64,000 nucleotides of DNA from the IMG/VR virus record IMGVR_UViG_3300040816_000831; one strand, given 5' to 3'. This document shows, in pieces, positions 62,619-64,000 of this stretch. The stretch is from a virus. The position numbers were made by a program, and so were the translations under genes. The first letter of the stretch is position 1, and every line of letters begins with the position of its first letter. Below the pieces are notes generated by a model. It was not told the origin of the DNA, did no database searches, and saw nothing but the letters and a program-made list of their open reading frames with translations.

Positions 62619-63759
62619 AAGTTTCTTCAGCATTAATGTCTCCTGTCTCTTCGACAATTTCATCAGCATCTACTTTGCTGTATAAGTCAAGGAAAGCTTC
62701 TTTTGTATCAGAATCGAACCTTGAAATACATAAGTCAATTGCTTTGTCTCTTTTCTCAAAGATGGAGAACGTTTGAACAATGTGACATAGTCTTCTTGTT
62801 GAAATTAATTCATCGACACCATCATCATAAAAAGTCTTTCTGATAATATCAGCCCAAAGGACTAGCTTTTCAGCAAAGTCGATATCCATACAATTGAATT
62901 TCTCCATGTGTTTGAATACAATCTTTTTCTCTACATTAAGAGATGGGAACTGTTGGTCAACTGATATTGTAAACCTTTCAAGGAAAGCATCATCGATGAT
63001 TGAAGCTGCTGTGAACCTACCATCTTCTGAACCTTTACCTTTAGTATTAGCTGTTGCGATTACATTGAAACCTTCAGCAGGCTCTACGATTTCGCCAGTC
63101 TTTTTAACAAGTACTGGTTTACCTTCAAGGATTCCTTGTAAGCACATAATTTTGTTTGTTGCTCTATCGATCTCGTCAAGTAAGAGTATAGCTCCATTTT
63201 CCATTGCTTTAAGAACTGGACCTTTAGAGAAAACTGTTTCTCCATCGATAAGTCTAAAGCCACCAAGTAAATCATCTTCATCTGTTTCAGGATTGATTTG
63301 AACTCTGATAAACTCTTTGCCTACTTTAGCGCAAGCTTGTTCTACCATGAATGTTTTACCATTGCCTGATAGACCAGAGATATATGTTGGGTAGAACATA
63401 TTCGACTTAACAATTTTTACGATGTCAGTAAATGCTCCCCAAGGTACGAATGAGTTATCTGTTTTAGCGAAGGTTTTTTCTTCGTTAACAATTGACTGCA
63501 TTTGAGCTGCAGCTTGTGGCATTTGAACCACTGTGTTTGAAACCATTGTTTCTCTTAATGGTTCAATAAGACCGGCTAAGTCATAAGTACCAATTTTGAC
63601 TCTGTTATTTTTAGTCATCATTGGGTCCCAATCTTTACCGGTGTAGCCGAAAGATTTTCCAATCTCGACTATGATATTTTTTCTAAACTGAGTTGTATCA
63701 GGATATCTGGTAGCAAGCTCTTTTAGAATAATTTCGCTGGATTTTTTCAAGTTTTTCAT
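62608..63759 (-). CDS. CobS/MoxR-like AAA+ ATPase
   Basis: GLSGNGKT, DEDDLLGG, LLLDEID, ATANTKGKGS, AFLERF, ISTRRL. Confidence 0.9.
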   Translation of the reverse strand: MKNLKKSSEIILKELATRYPDTTQFRKNIIVEIGKSFGYTGKDWDPMMTKNNRVKIGTYDLAGLIEPLRETMVSNTVVQMPQAAAQMQSIVNEEKTFAKTDNSFVPWGAFTDIVKIVKSNMFYPTYISGLSGNGKTFMVEQACAKVGKEFIRVQINPETDEDDLLGGFRLIDGETVFSKGPVLKAMENGAILLLDEIDRATNKIMCLQGILEGKPVLVKKTGEIVEPAEGFNVIATANTKGKGSEDGRFTAASIIDDAFLERFTISVDQQFPSLNVEKKIVFKHMEKFNCMDIDFAEKLVLWADIIRKTFYDDGVDELISTRRLCHIVQTFSIFEKRDKAIDLCISRFDSDTKEAFLDLYSKVDADEIVEETGDINAEETYEV

Positions 63760-63792
63760 AATATTGTTTCCTTATCAATTTGTTATATGTAT

Positions 63793-63866
63793 ATTATACC
63801 ATAGTTCTTTGTAAATGTAAAGGTTTATTTTCACTTTTAGGTGAAATAATTAGCAGAATAGTGTTG
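63793..63866 (-). promoter_or_regulatory. Early promoter with conserved upstream element
   Basis: TTTACA-N17-TATAAT plus TTTTCAC..GTGAAATAATT..GTGTTG block. Confidence 0.78.
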
Positions 63867-63867
63867 T

Positions 63868-64000
63868 TCATTCTGCGACAGCTCTACCAAAGTTGGTTAA
63901 TAATGTTTTATTAAGTTTTTTAGACTTACTGTATTTTTTAAATGCTGATGTTAATTGCCCTTTAGTTGCAGTTGTATCAGGTGTAAAATCGTTTGCATCA
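63868..64000 (-). CDS. C-terminus of a gene, probably the CobT/VWA-like partner of the ATPase
   Basis: ...TKGQLTSAFKKYSKSKKLNKTLLTNFGRAVAE-stop; position upstream of CobS-like gene. Confidence 0.55.
   Translation of the reverse strand, partial: DANDFTPDTTATKGQLTSAFKKYSKSKKLNKTLLTNFGRAVAE

Noticed and set aside
1166-63301. All plus-strand ORFs in the track (e.g. 22324-22788, 55877-56317, 62894-63301)
   Set aside because: Antisense shadows of well-supported minus-strand genes, with no SD, promoter or motifs
332-63821. Recurring ATTATACCATACTTT..AAATGTAAA as CRISPR repeat or mobile-element end
   Set aside because: Dispersed, degenerate, always upstream of genes with 17-bp spacing; explained as promoters
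1-64000. tRNA or rRNA genes
   Set aside because: No cloverleaf or T-loop pattern found in the few intergenic gaps by eye; tRNAscan-SE would be decisive

Overview
AT-rich 64 kb segment of a T4-like (Tevenvirinae/Kyanoviridae-like) myovirus, probably infecting an aquatic proteobacterium (host is inference). Virtually all real genes are on the minus strand. It holds the T4 replication core (gp32, gp59, gp33, RNase H, nrdA/nrdB/glutaredoxin, gp41, uvsX, gp43, regA, gp62, gp44, gp45), host-like genes (AhpC, IscU, IscA, bS21, GroES, Hsp20, CobS-like ATPase) and lysis genes. Main accessory systems: (1) a cytosine-modification cluster coupling a gp42-type dCMP hydroxymethylase with myo-inositol-1-phosphate synthase, a HAD phosphatase, an aGPT-Pplase/AADT-like DNA transferase, an SGNH protein and a degenerate C5-methylase, a candidate inositol-based DNA hypermodification pathway; (2) a late curli-type operon (CsgF, CsgG, two curlin-like proteins, FecR-domain protein) ending in a CHASE2 class III cyclase whose 3' end is overprinted by a signal-peptide ORF; (3) an ~11 kb late array of proteins with T4 capsid-targeting-like N-termini; (4) a translation-control layer: 17 copies of a sigma70-like promoter, several leaderless transcripts, a hairpin whose loop is complementary to the ribosome-binding sites of four early genes, and a ROSE-like thermometer before hsp20. 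No tRNA, rRNA or CRISPR array was recognised. All family calls come from motif recognition by eye, not from database searches.
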